Below the pieces are notes generated by a model that did not search any database, had not been told where the DNA came from, and was given only the letters and a program-made list of their open reading frames with translations. The position numbers and the translations under genes are program-made. This document shows positions 50,518 through 59,471 of a stretch of 64,000 nt of DNA, one piece after another (the stretch's first letter is position 1; each line of letters starts with the position of its first letter). Source of the DNA: an uncultured Acidimicrobiaceae bacterium (GTDB lineage Bacteria; Actinomycetota; Acidimicrobiia; Acidimicrobiales; RAAP-2); contig CAVTOF010000003.1 in assembly GCA_963736225.1 (NCBI GenBank), positions 249,901-313,900 of the forward strand. The letters are read 5' to 3'.

Positions 50518-50889
50518 TCAGCCGGCGTTCTCGACGTCGCGTCGCCACGGCACCCGGGGTGCACCCGACCACAGGTGCTCGAGGTCGTAGTAGTCCCGCG
50601 TCTCTTGCAAGAAGACGTGCGCGATGAAGTCGCCGTAGTCCATGAGGACCCACGTCGCGTCCTGCAGGCCTTCGACCCGCGTCGGAGCGAAGCCGTGTTC
50701 CTCTTTGACCCCGCGTTCGATCTCCTCCACCAGCGTGCGCACGTGGCGCGTGTTCTGCGCACTGGTGATCACGAACGCATCGACGACCCCGAAGAGCTCG
50801 GTCATCCCGAGCACGACGGTGTCGCGCCCGAGCTTGGCGTCTGCCGACTCTGCTGCTGTCGCCGCAGCCGGAGGCAGTTGGACCTGCAC
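50518..50889 (-). CDS. rsfS: Ribosome silencing factor RsfS (iojap family)
   Basis: ..DAFVITSAQNTRHVRTLVEEIE..WVLMDYGDFIAHVFLQETRDYYDLEHLW.. The start is taken as GTG 50889. The upstream part of ORF 50518..51147 is out of character. Confidence 0.88.
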   Translation of the reverse strand: MQVQLPPAAATAAESADAKLGRDTVVLGMTELFGVVDAFVITSAQNTRHVRTLVEEIERGVKEEHGFAPTRVEGLQDATWVLMDYGDFIAHVFLQETRDYYDLEHLWSGAPRVPWRRDVENAG

Positions 50890-50903
50890 GTCCAACCCCC
50901 GGC

Positions 50904-51110
50904 TCAATGGAGCACGTCCAAGATCCCTACCGTGAACCCGAAGGCGCCCACCAAGATGGAGCACGCGATGATCGTCCAACGCTGACGCGAACGGCGAGCC
51001 AGCCGAAGTTCGGCGCGGCGATCGGCGCGCCGCTGGGCCTGGACAGGCGAGACACTGGCAGTCGCGTGGGAACTGTCCGACAACTCCGTCCTCGCCGCCA
51101 TGGCGCTCAT
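50904..51110 (-). CDS. Hypothetical small bitopic membrane protein (68 aa)
   Basis: ATG 51110 directly abuts the nadD stop (TGAATG). The N-terminal half is Arg-rich and is followed by one C-terminal TM helix (WTIIACSILVGAFGFTVGILDVL). No family recognised. Confidence 0.45.
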   Translation of the reverse strand: MSAMAARTELSDSSHATASVSPVQAQRRADRRAELRLARRSRQRWTIIACSILVGAFGFTVGILDVLH

Positions 51111-51725
51111 TCAAGGCACAGCGTACATATCTCGGCGGCGAATGCAACGGATCACGCCTTCGGGGACCAGCCCGTCGACACTTTTGCCCTGGGACAGCAG
51201 GTCACGGACCTCGGAGCTCGAGACAGCGACGTTCGGCCCGTCCACCCGCACCGTGCGCCAGCCGGCCGGGACCTCGGCCGCCACCCCGGTCGGTCGGGAC
51301 ACGACGGCCAGGGTGACCAGGCGTCGCAGATCCTCGTGACGGTGCCAGGTCGGGAGCTCGGCCACCAGGTCAGCGCCCACGACGAGAACGAGCTCGGCCG
51401 GGTGACCTTCGTCCAGGGCGGCAGCGAGGACCTCCTCCGCCGTGTCCACCGAGTAACTGGGGCCGCCTCGGTCGATCTCGAGCCGGCTCGCCTCCGCGCC
51501 GGGGATCTCGGCGGCGAGGGCCTCGGTCAGGGCGTAGCGATCCTCGGCGGCGGACACGGACCGTTGCCCCGACTTCTGCCACGGATCATTGGCCACTACG
51601 AGGAGCAACCGATCGAGCCCGAGGCGCTCGATGACGGCGCGCGCCGCGGCGACGTGCCCGAAGTGCGGGGGGTCGAACGTGCCCCCCATGATCCCGATGC
51701 GGGCCGGTCGCTCAGGTCCCGGCAA
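51111..51725 (-). CDS. nadD: Nicotinate-nucleotide adenylyltransferase
   Basis: IGIMGGTFDPPHFGHV (HxGH-type) and the ISSSEIR-like VSSSEVR near the C-terminus. Confidence 0.93.
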   Translation of the reverse strand: MPGPERPARIGIMGGTFDPPHFGHVAAARAVIERLGLDRLLLVVANDPWQKSGQRSVSAAEDRYALTEALAAEIPGAEASRLEIDRGGPSYSVDTAEEVLAAALDEGHPAELVLVVGADLVAELPTWHRHEDLRRLVTLAVVSRPTGVAAEVPAGWRTVRVDGPNVAVSSSEVRDLLSQGKSVDGLVPEGVIRCIRRRDMYAVP

Positions 51726-52641
51726 GTTCAGCCAGCACTGGAGCCAGCGCGTCCATCTCCGCCTCGTGTACGACGATGTAGCTGAAACCGAATTCCTCGC
51801 GCCGCGCGCGCAAGGTGTCGATGATCTCGGGGACCGAACCGATGAGTGTCGCCGGTGCAGCGCGCAGCTGGTCCGGGGTCATGCCTAGTAGGGATGCGAA
51901 CGAGGCACGCACTTCGTCGGCGTTCGGGACGACCTGTACCGCAACCGTCCAACACTGCAGCTCGAGCTCGCCAGCCCGCTCGCCTGCGGCGTCGAGTGCC
52001 CAGCGCACGCGGTCGGCGTACTTCTCCCCCACTGCCTCGGCCGCGACCTCGGGACCGATGTACCCGGCGGCCAGGCTCGGGACGACACTCACGACGTCGG
52101 CGTGACGCCCGGCCAGCTCCAAGATGCGGCGGCTGCCACCGCCGATGACCAGTGGCGGACCGCCCGGGGTGAGCGGGGCCGGCGCGCCGACCACGTCGGT
52201 GACGCGATAGTGCGCACCCTCGAAGGTGGCGCTGCCGGTCTCCCACATGGCGCGCATGATCTCGATCCCTTCGGCCAGCCGCGCGATACGCACGGCGGGC
52301 GAGTCGAACGGGATCCCCGATTGGTCGTAGTCGGCTCGCAACCAGCCGGCACCGAGTCCGAGCTCGAATCGGCCCCCCGTCATTGCATCGAGGGTGGCGG
52401 CCTCCTTCGCCATCAACACGGGGTGGCGGAAGTCGTTGTCGAGGACCAGCGTCCCAACTCGGATGGTGGTCGTCGCCTCCGCCGCCACGGCCAGTGCGAT
52501 CATCGGTGCCCACTGGTCATCGAGGTGATCGGGCACGTACAGGGTGGAGTACCCGAGGTTCTCGGCCTGACGCGCCAGGTCACGCCATTCGGCCGCCGTC
52601 GCGGTGCGCGAGACCTGGAGAGCGAAACGGAAGGCGGCCAT
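51712..52641 (-). CDS. LLM-class (luciferase-like) F420-dependent oxidoreductase
   Basis: MAAFRFALQVS.., GYSTLYVPDHL, RFELGLGAGW. The start is taken at ATG 52641. Confidence 0.8.
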   Translation of the reverse strand: MAAFRFALQVSRTATAAEWRDLARQAENLGYSTLYVPDHLDDQWAPMIALAVAAEATTTIRVGTLVLDNDFRHPVLMAKEAATLDAMTGGRFELGLGAGWLRADYDQSGIPFDSPAVRIARLAEGIEIMRAMWETGSATFEGAHYRVTDVVGAPAPLTPGGPPLVIGGGSRRILELAGRHADVVSVVPSLAAGYIGPEVAAEAVGEKYADRVRWALDAAGERAGELELQCWTVAVQVVPNADEVRASFASLLGMTPDQLRAAPATLIGSVPEIIDTLRARREEFGFSYIVVHEAEMDALAPVLAELAGT

Positions 52642-52673
52642 GGGGCGGGATCCTACGGCGTTAACCTGGTCCG

Positions 52674-54032
52674 GTGACGAGGCCCCCCGCGACACCTTCC
52701 TGGAGCGCCGCGTCCTGGCGGACGTTTCCGGCTGCCCAACAGCCCGAGTGGCCCGACGCGGACGCGCTCAAGCGCGCCGAAGCCCGACTGTCCACGCTGC
52801 CACCGCTCGTCTTCGCGGGTGAAGCCCGCCTCTTGACGTCGCAGCTGGCCGAGGTGGCCGACGGCAAGGCCTTCTTGTTGCAGGCAGGCGACTGCGCTGA
52901 GTCGTTCGCAGAGTTCACCGCGGACTCCATTCGCGACAAGCTCAAGATCATCCTGCAGATGGCGGTGGCACTGACCTACGCGGCGGGCGTGCCGGTGGTG
53001 AAGGTAGGCCGCATCGCCGGCCAGTTCGCCAAACCCCGCTCGGCGAGCACCGAGCGGGTCGGTGACGTGGAGCTCCCGTCGTTCCGGGGTCACATGGTCA
53101 ACGACGAGACGTTCGAGCCCGACGCCCGCAGGCCGGATCCCGAGCGACTGGTGGCGGCATACCAGCAATCGGCGTCGACACTCAACCTGCTGCGCGCGTT
53201 CACGAAGGGCGGCTTCGCCGACCTCTCGCAGGTGCACCTGTGGAACCAGCAATTCGTGGCGTCGTCGGCGGAGGGTCAGCGGTACGAGCGCATCGCGTCG
53301 GAGATCGACCGTGCCCTGCGCTTCATGGCCGCATGCGGCATCGACCTCGGCGCGGAGGAAGGACTGCACCAGGTCGACTTCTTCACGAGCCACGAGGCGC
53401 TCATCCTCCCCTACGAGGAATGCCTCACCCGGATGGACTCGTTGACCGGCGACTGGTACGACTGCTCCGCCCACATGGTCTGGGTGGGTGACCGCACCCG
53501 CCAGCTCGACGGTGCCCATCTCGAGTTCCTGTCGGGCATCAACAACCCCGTGGGCGCCAAGATCGGACCCGACTGTTCGCCGCAGGAAGTCGTGGCGATC
53601 TGCGAGCGCCTCAACCCCGACCGTCAGCCCGGTCGCGTGACCCTCATCGCCAGGCTCGGGGCCGCCAAGATCGCCGACAAGCTCCCCCCGATCGTGCGCG
53701 CCATCGAGGCGGCGGGACATCCTGTGGTCTGGGCCTGCGACCCGATGCACGGCAACACCTTCACGAGCGAGGGTGGCCGCAAGACCAGGCGCTTCGACGA
53801 CATCCTGGCCGAGCTCCGCACCTTCTTCGACGTGCACCGCCAAGAGGGGACCTGGCCGGGTGGCGTCCACATCGAGCTGACGGGCGACGACGTCACCGAG
53901 TGCCTCGGCGGGGCTGAGGAGATCCTCGAAGGCGACCTCGACGACCGCTACACGACGACCTGCGACCCTCGGCTCAACGCCCGGCAGTCGCTCGATCTGG
54001 CCTTCCGCGTGGCTGAGTTCCTCAGAATTTGA
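52674..54032 (+). CDS. Class II 3-deoxy-7-phosphoheptulonate (DAHP) synthase
   Basis: ..AAQQPEWPD.., GKAFLLQAGDCAESF, RIAGQFAKPRS, WVGDRTRQ, and HGNT near the C-terminus, as in the plant-like/mycobacterial AroG class. Confidence 0.92.
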   Translation: MTRPPATPSWSAASWRTFPAAQQPEWPDADALKRAEARLSTLPPLVFAGEARLLTSQLAEVADGKAFLLQAGDCAESFAEFTADSIRDKLKIILQMAVALTYAAGVPVVKVGRIAGQFAKPRSASTERVGDVELPSFRGHMVNDETFEPDARRPDPERLVAAYQQSASTLNLLRAFTKGGFADLSQVHLWNQQFVASSAEGQRYERIASEIDRALRFMAACGIDLGAEEGLHQVDFFTSHEALILPYEECLTRMDSLTGDWYDCSAHMVWVGDRTRQLDGAHLEFLSGINNPVGAKIGPDCSPQEVVAICERLNPDRQPGRVTLIARLGAAKIADKLPPIVRAIEAAGHPVVWACDPMHGNTFTSEGGRKTRRFDDILAELRTFFDVHRQEGTWPGGVHIELTGDDVTECLGGAEEILEGDLDDRYTTTCDPRLNARQSLDLAFRVAEFLRI

Positions 54033-55564
54033 TCCGCCGCCTGCTCCTCGCCGCGCTGGTCACGGCGCTCCCGTTGCTGGCGGTCGTCGTCACGGCCGCC
54101 CTCCCAGCGGCCTCACCGCCCGCGTCGGCCCAACCCAGCCAGACCACCCCCGCCTACTGGCTCGTCGCCTCCGACGGCGGGATCTTCTCCTTCGGCGGTG
54201 CGCCCTACTACGGGTCCACCGGCGGCACGGTGCTCAACAAGCCGGTCGTCGGGATGGCGGCGACGACGGACGGAGGCGGCTACTGGCTGGTGGCCTCTGA
54301 CGGCGGGGTCTTCTCCTACGGCGACGCCAGTTTCTACGGCAGTACTGGCAGCATGGTGCTCAACCAACCGGTCGTCGGCATGGCGGCGGTCCCTGGCGGC
54401 GGCGGTTACTGGCTGGTGGCCTCCGACGGCGGCGTCTTCTCGTTCGGTGACGCGAAGTTCTACGGGTCTACTGGCGGCATGCGACTCAACAAGCCGGTCG
54501 TGGGGATGGCGGCGACGGCGGACGGCGGTGGCTACTGGCTGGTGGCCTCCGACGGCGGCATCTTCGCCTACGGGGATGCGGCCTTCCACGGCAGCACCGG
54601 CAGCCTCGTGCTGAACAAACCGGTCGTGGGCATGATCGCGGGGCCGAATGGTGCCGGCTACTTCCTCGTCGCCTCTGACGGCGGCATCTTCTCCTTCGGC
54701 TCGGCGCCCTTCTACGGTTCGCTCGGCGGCGTGCCGATCAAGCACCCGATCGTGGCCGCAGCGTCCACGCCGACCTTCAGCGGGTATTGGTTCACCGATT
54801 CCACGGGACTGGTGTCGAATTTCGGGCAGGCGAGCTATTACGGCTCCGCGCCCTCACCCCTGTTCAGACCCGTCGTCGGCATGGCCGAGGCGCCGGGAAC
54901 CGGGGCGTTCGTGGGTGGGACCTATCCGTCGGGTTCCTACGGGTTCGACATCAGCAACTATCAGTGCCCCACCAACTTCCCGACTGCCGACCACCAGATC
55001 GGCATCGTGCAAGTGGACGGCAGTTCCTCGTCCAACGCGAACCCGTGCCTCGCTCAGGAAGCCGCCTGGGCCGGCGGCGGGCTCAACCTGTACACCTTTT
55101 TGAACTACGAGGCGTCGGCCGTGAACGAGCCCGGGTGCAATGGAGACGGGTCCTGTAATGCCGGGTACCAGGCCGGCATCCATGCATACACCGACGCCGT
55201 CAGCGCGGGCGTCAACGCGGGCGTGCCCTGGTGGCTCGACGTCGAGACCAACCCCATCTCAGCCTGGTCGAGCAGCTCGCAGGAGAACGCACTCTTCGTG
55301 CAAGGCGCTCTCAACGCCCTGCACGAGACTGAGGGTGTGGCCGACGTCGGCATCTATGCCAGCCCCGGCGTCTGGAACTCCATCGTCGGCGACTACACGC
55401 CGTCGGTCCCGTATTGGATGGCCGACTACCTGCCTTCACCGAGCGGACCTGGTTCCTGCGCGGACTACCAGAACTGGGTGACGAACCACGGTGCCCAGTT
55501 GCCCGGACCGCCCGAGATCGTGCAGTACAACTCCGGAACCTACGACGACGACTACGCCTGCTAA
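54029..55564 (+). CDS. Secreted protein: signal peptide, seven ~40-aa YWLVASDGG repeats, then a lysozyme-like (GH25 / DUF1906-like) domain
   Basis: Signal peptide MIRRLLLAALVTALPLLAVVVTAALPAASPPASA, then the repeats, then GSYGFDISNYQ.., VPWWLDVE, IVQYNSG. The TTG start overlaps the DAHP synthase TGA. Confidence 0.8.
   Translation: MIRRLLLAALVTALPLLAVVVTAALPAASPPASAQPSQTTPAYWLVASDGGIFSFGGAPYYGSTGGTVLNKPVVGMAATTDGGGYWLVASDGGVFSYGDASFYGSTGSMVLNQPVVGMAAVPGGGGYWLVASDGGVFSFGDAKFYGSTGGMRLNKPVVGMAATADGGGYWLVASDGGIFAYGDAAFHGSTGSLVLNKPVVGMIAGPNGAGYFLVASDGGIFSFGSAPFYGSLGGVPIKHPIVAAASTPTFSGYWFTDSTGLVSNFGQASYYGSAPSPLFRPVVGMAEAPGTGAFVGGTYPSGSYGFDISNYQCPTNFPTADHQIGIVQVDGSSSSNANPCLAQEAAWAGGGLNLYTFLNYEASAVNEPGCNGDGSCNAGYQAGIHAYTDAVSAGVNAGVPWWLDVETNPISAWSSSSQENALFVQGALNALHETEGVADVGIYASPGVWNSIVGDYTPSVPYWMADYLPSPSGPGSCADYQNWVTNHGAQLPGPPEIVQYNSGTYDDDYAC
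54149..54898 (+). repeat. Seven tandem in-frame ~120-nt (40-aa) coding repeats (six canonical, one degenerate)
   Basis: AYWLVASDGGIFSFGGAPYYGSTGGTVLNKPVVGMAATTDGGG.. recurs with 40-residue period. It is a paralogue of the repeat block at 9111..9816. Confidence 0.9.
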
Positions 55565-56348
55565 GACGGCGTCTGCCAGAACACCTCGACGCGGGTGATG
55601 ATGCGGGCCTCGTCGAGCACGAACACGTAGGCCTCCTCCAGGTCGAATTCCTGGTCCGGGTAAACCAGATGCTCGGTCACGCGCGCGGAAAGGCGGACCG
55701 CTTGTCCGGCGTATACACGATCCGGTGCACGTCGTTGCCATAGCGCTCCGGCACGCTGCCCGCCAGTAACCCGAGATATTCGGCTCGCCCCGCCACTTCG
55801 TCACCGAGCGGCCCGACACGGACGACGTCGGCGGCCATCACCTCGCCCAGGGCGGGCCAGTCCCGCGCGCTCAGGGATGCGAAATAGCGCTCGACCGGGC
55901 CATCGTTGCCCGGGTTGCGGCCCTGCAGGATGTTCTCGACACGATGGCGCACATCGTCGCCGCTGGTGCCGAACTCGGCCAGCACCTCCGCCACGATTCC
56001 CTCCGTGGGCGTGACCACGCCCAGGAGCAGATATTCGGTCCCTATGTCGTGACCGCCCCGGGCAAGTACCTCACGCAGCGCGCGCTCCAGCGCCTGCTTC
56101 GCGCTCGGCGTGAACGGCGCGGCGTCCGGACCTCCTCCACCGGTCCCCGTGAGCCGACGGACGACGTCGCGGGCGGGCACCAACGTGATCCCCGCCGACG
56201 CGAGCGCCTGGGCGGCGCCGCCTCGCTCCTCCCCGATCAGGCCGAGCAGGACGTGCTCGGGGCCGATGTACGAGTGCCCCAGGAGACGAGCCTCCTCCTG
56301 GGCGAGCACAAGGACCCGGCGGGCCCGATCAGTGAACCGCTCGAACAC
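55561..56348 (-). pseudogene. Clp_N (double Clp N-terminal repeat) fused to an NTF2/SnoaL-like domain; one frame break near 55685
   Basis: GTG 56348 gives VFERFTDRARRVLVLAQEEARLLGHSYIGPEHVLLGL.., and a second repeat ..ALERALREVLARGGHDIGTEYLLLGV... Then VERYFASLSARDWPALGEVMAADVV... ORF 55677..56396 stops at ..RSAFPRA. Another frame continues ARVTEHLVYPDQEFDLEEAYVFVLDEARIITRVEVFWQTPS to TAG 55561..55563. Confidence 0.7.
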
Positions 56349-56399
56349 GGCACCAGGGTGCCACGCGTTGGGCCACGCCGTGACGGCGACGCCCATGGC

Positions 56400-56933
56400 T
56401 CAGCCCGTACCTCCGATGGCCTCTCGCAGCAACTGGGCATTGCGGGTGACGGGTTCGCCGGCCTCGAGCGCGAGGTCCAGGTCCTCGGGTGTCACCCACG
56501 ATGCACGCGCCTTCGCCACGTGCTCCCAGTCGAGCTCGTACCAGTTGGGGATGCCGCGGCTGCGCCCCTCGACGCGGGAGCGATGCACATCGATGTCGGC
56601 ACACGTGGTCATGACGACCAGACTGGCCGCACCCTCCTCGGCGGCCACCAGGCGCGTGCCCACCACTTCGGCGTTGCGGGCCACACCGTCGAGCACCACC
56701 GACGACCCCCGCCTGAGCTGGGCGCGGGCCAGCGCCCACAGGATTGACCAGCCGACCGCGCCATGACCGGGAGGGTCCATGACGTCGAGTGCCTGCTGGA
56801 GCTCGGGAAAGGGTCGCAGGCCGCTCATCGCCCAATCATGCGCCAGCACCGGCGCACCGAGCGCGTCGCCGGCGACCTCGGCCATGGTCGATTTGCCGGT
56901 CGCCTGCAGCCCGGTCACCAGCACGAGAAGCAC
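56400..56933 (-). CDS. P-loop NTPase (AAA_33 / small-molecule kinase-like)
   Basis: Walker A VTGLQATGKST at the N-terminus; 177 aa. Confidence 0.65.
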   Translation of the reverse strand: MLLVLVTGLQATGKSTMAEVAGDALGAPVLAHDWAMSGLRPFPELQQALDVMDPPGHGAVGWSILWALARAQLRRGSSVVLDGVARNAEVVGTRLVAAEEGAASLVVMTTCADIDVHRSRVEGRSRGIPNWYELDWEHVAKARASWVTPEDLDLALEAGEPVTRNAQLLREAIGGTG

Positions 56934-56951
56934 GTTGGGCGCCGCTTCCTC

Positions 56952-57713
56952 CTACACCTTTTCCCACACGGAGACGTGCTGGATGCTCTCGCTGGTGAAG
57001 GGTTGGCGTCCCCAGCCCGCCCAGCGCTCGCGCAGGCGCATCCCTGCGATGCGCGCCATGAGGTCGAGCTCAGCCGGCCACGCGAAGCGCCACGGCGTCA
57101 AGAAGGTGTGGGCCTGCCCGTCCGCAAACCAGTAATGGTGCGACACGCCCAGCTGATTGGCGACATCGAAGGTGTCGAACCCGAGTCGCGTCGGCGTGAC
57201 GGTGAAGGCCTGCGCGCTGTCCCCGGGCGGGAGACGCCGCAGTGGCGGTACTCCGACCTCAATGACGAAGCACCCACCCGGTTCGAGATGCGCGGCCGCG
57301 TTGCAGAAGCAGGCCACCTGTGCGTCCTGGGTGGTGAGGTTGCCGATCGTGTTGTACACGAGGTAGACGAGACGGAACGCGCCGTCCAGCCTGGTCGAGG
57401 TCATGTCACCGACGGTCACCGCGATCGCCTCGGCGCCAGGTTTGGCCCGCAGCTGCGCCACCATGTCGGGCGACAGGTCGATGCCCTGGACCGGGACACC
57501 CCTTCCGCTCAAGGGCAGCGCGATACGACCGGTGCCGATGGCGAACTCGAGCGCCGCGCCATCGCCGGCCAGCCCCGCCAGAAAGTCGACCGTGGCGCCG
57601 ACCACCGCCGGGTCGAACATGAAGCCCGAGTCGGCGTCGTAGGTGCGCGCAATGCGCTCGTCGAACAGATTGGGCCACGATGGCCGCTCGGCCTGGTCCG
57701 GCTGCTCGGGCAT
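56952..57713 (-). CDS. Class I SAM-dependent methyltransferase
   Basis: Motif I LEFAIGTGRIALPL and acidic loop GIDLSPDM. Confidence 0.8.
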   Translation of the reverse strand: MPEQPDQAERPSWPNLFDERIARTYDADSGFMFDPAVVGATVDFLAGLAGDGAALEFAIGTGRIALPLSGRGVPVQGIDLSPDMVAQLRAKPGAEAIAVTVGDMTSTRLDGAFRLVYLVYNTIGNLTTQDAQVACFCNAAAHLEPGGCFVIEVGVPPLRRLPPGDSAQAFTVTPTRLGFDTFDVANQLGVSHHYWFADGQAHTFLTPWRFAWPAELDLMARIAGMRLRERWAGWGRQPFTSESIQHVSVWEKV

Positions 57714-57725
57714 CGGGGGGACGGC

Positions 57726-58163
57726 CTAGTCGGTCTTGACGATCAGCACAGCGCAGTGGGCACCGTGCGCGACCGAGTTCGGCACGCTCCCCAGGTACCG
57801 GCGCGCGCCGCGCATGCCCTTGCTGCCGACGACAATGAGGTCGGCCTTGACGTCGGCGGCGGCACTGAGGATCGCATCGTCCGCGTTGCCCTGCGCCGAG
57901 TGAAGATGGACCGGCAAGTCGGACCCGTACGCCGCGACGGCGCGCTCGCCCACTTGCTGGGCCGCCTGGTCTGCCAGCGCCGCCCCTGCCCCGCTGTCGA
58001 CGAGGGGTCCGCCGATCGCGGCTCCCATCGCCGTTGATGGCGCCTTCGTGGCCACCACGATGTGCAGCGCAGAGCCCCACGACCGTGCGATGTCTGCTGC
58101 CGCTCGTACCGCCTTGTCCGCGGTGGGAGAACCGTCGGTGCCCACGACGATGACCTCGTACAT
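57726..58163 (-). CDS. Universal stress protein (UspA family)
   Basis: MYEVIVVGTDGSPTADKAV.. and the C-terminal VVGSKGMRGARRYLGSVPNSVAHGAHCAVLIV. Confidence 0.88.
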   Translation of the reverse strand: MYEVIVVGTDGSPTADKAVRAAADIARSWGSALHIVVATKAPSTAMGAAIGGPLVDSGAGAALADQAAQQVGERAVAAYGSDLPVHLHSAQGNADDAILSAAADVKADLIVVGSKGMRGARRYLGSVPNSVAHGAHCAVLIVKTD

Positions 58164-58204
58164 AGCTTCATCCCTTCTGCAGCGGAAGCCGCAGCGTACC
58201 CCGG

Positions 58205-59413
58205 TCAGTCCGGCGAGGCTCCGTAGGCGCCATCCCAGAACGCGGTGAAGTGCGCCGGCATCTCAGGCGACGTCATGGCGCGGGTGGTGAGGAGGATCCC
58301 GGTGAGGTCGCGCACGGGGTCGGTGTACCAGACCGTGCCGGTGCCACCCGTCCAGCCGTAGCCCCACGGCTGCGGCGCATCGCCCGAGAGCGGGCCGGGT
58401 GCGGCCATCCCGTAGCCCCACCCGAAGCCCGGCTCGATGAAGGGCGCCGACTCCCGGCGCTGGTCGGCCGTCAGATGGTCGCGCGTCATGGCGGCCACCG
58501 AGCCGGGCGAGAGCAGCTGCCGGCCCTCGTGCCACCCGCCCGCGCGCAGCATGGTCGCGAACGCCCAGAAATCGTCCACGGTCGACACGAGCATGCCCGC
58601 TGCGTTCGCCATCGGGGGCGGCTCGTTCCACCACCCGCCCTCGGCCGGGTCGAGCACGGCCAGCCCGCCGGAGTCCTCCGGCATGTAGGCGGTAGTGAAT
58701 CGCGCCACTTTGTGCGCCGGCACGCTGAACGACGTGTCCGCCATGCCGAGGGGATCGAAAAGGCGAGCCCGCAGGATGTTCTCGAGTGGTTGCCCGCTCG
58801 CCCGTTCCAGCACGATCCCGAGCACCTGGGCCCCGGTGTTGTAGCGCCACACGGCACCGGGCTGGTCGAGCAGGGGCAGGGTGGCGAAGCGCGCGATCCA
58901 CTCGTCGGCACCGAACGGAGGCGGAGGCCATGGAGGGCCCAGCGTGCGCAGGCCCAGCTCCTCCTCCGCGTCCTGACTGGGATAGGTGCCCGGCGGCGCC
59001 ATGATCGAGCCGAAGCCCATTCGGAACGTGAGGAGGTCTTCCACCGTGATGGGTCGATGCGCCGGCACCGTGTCGTCGAGCGCGCTGTCGAGCGTGCGGA
59101 GCACGCGGCGCTCGGCCAGTTCGGGCACCAACGCCTCGACCGGGTCACTGAGCGCGAGGACGCCGTCGTCCACCAACGTCATGGCCACGGCGGCGGCGAT
59201 CGGTTTGGTCAGCGACGCGATGCGGAAGATGGCATCACGAGGCAGTGGAGCGCCCTCACCGACGGACAAGGTGCCGAAGCCCTCGACATCCACGTCGTCA
59301 CCACGGGCCACCAATGCCACCAGTGCCGGCACGCTGCCGTCCTCGACGAGACCGGCGAGCCGATCGTGCAACCGCGCCAGCCCGGTGGGGTCGAGCCCGG
59401 GTGCTGCTGTCAC
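58205..59413 (-). CDS. Serine hydrolase (beta-lactamase class C / esterase family)
   Basis: SxxK motif FRIASLTKPIAA; 402 aa with a typical length and Tyr/Gly-rich downstream blocks. Confidence 0.82.
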   Translation of the reverse strand: MTAAPGLDPTGLARLHDRLAGLVEDGSVPALVALVARGDDVDVEGFGTLSVGEGAPLPRDAIFRIASLTKPIAAAVAMTLVDDGVLALSDPVEALVPELAERRVLRTLDSALDDTVPAHRPITVEDLLTFRMGFGSIMAPPGTYPSQDAEEELGLRTLGPPWPPPPFGADEWIARFATLPLLDQPGAVWRYNTGAQVLGIVLERASGQPLENILRARLFDPLGMADTSFSVPAHKVARFTTAYMPEDSGGLAVLDPAEGGWWNEPPPMANAAGMLVSTVDDFWAFATMLRAGGWHEGRQLLSPGSVAAMTRDHLTADQRRESAPFIEPGFGWGYGMAAPGPLSGDAPQPWGYGWTGGTGTVWYTDPVRDLTGILLTTRAMTSPEMPAHFTAFWDGAYGASPD

Positions 59414-59471
59414 GCGGCCGTTCGCCTCGGGCGCAGAGTCACCGGCGTGACGCTACCGGTAGGGTGCCGCC

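Noticed and set aside
50500-50527. Triple 8-nt direct repeat (gtcagccg/gtcagccg/gtcagccg) at the rsfS 3' end
   Set aside because: It is short, overlaps the rsfS stop codon region, and has no associated feature. It is most simply a local slippage duplication.
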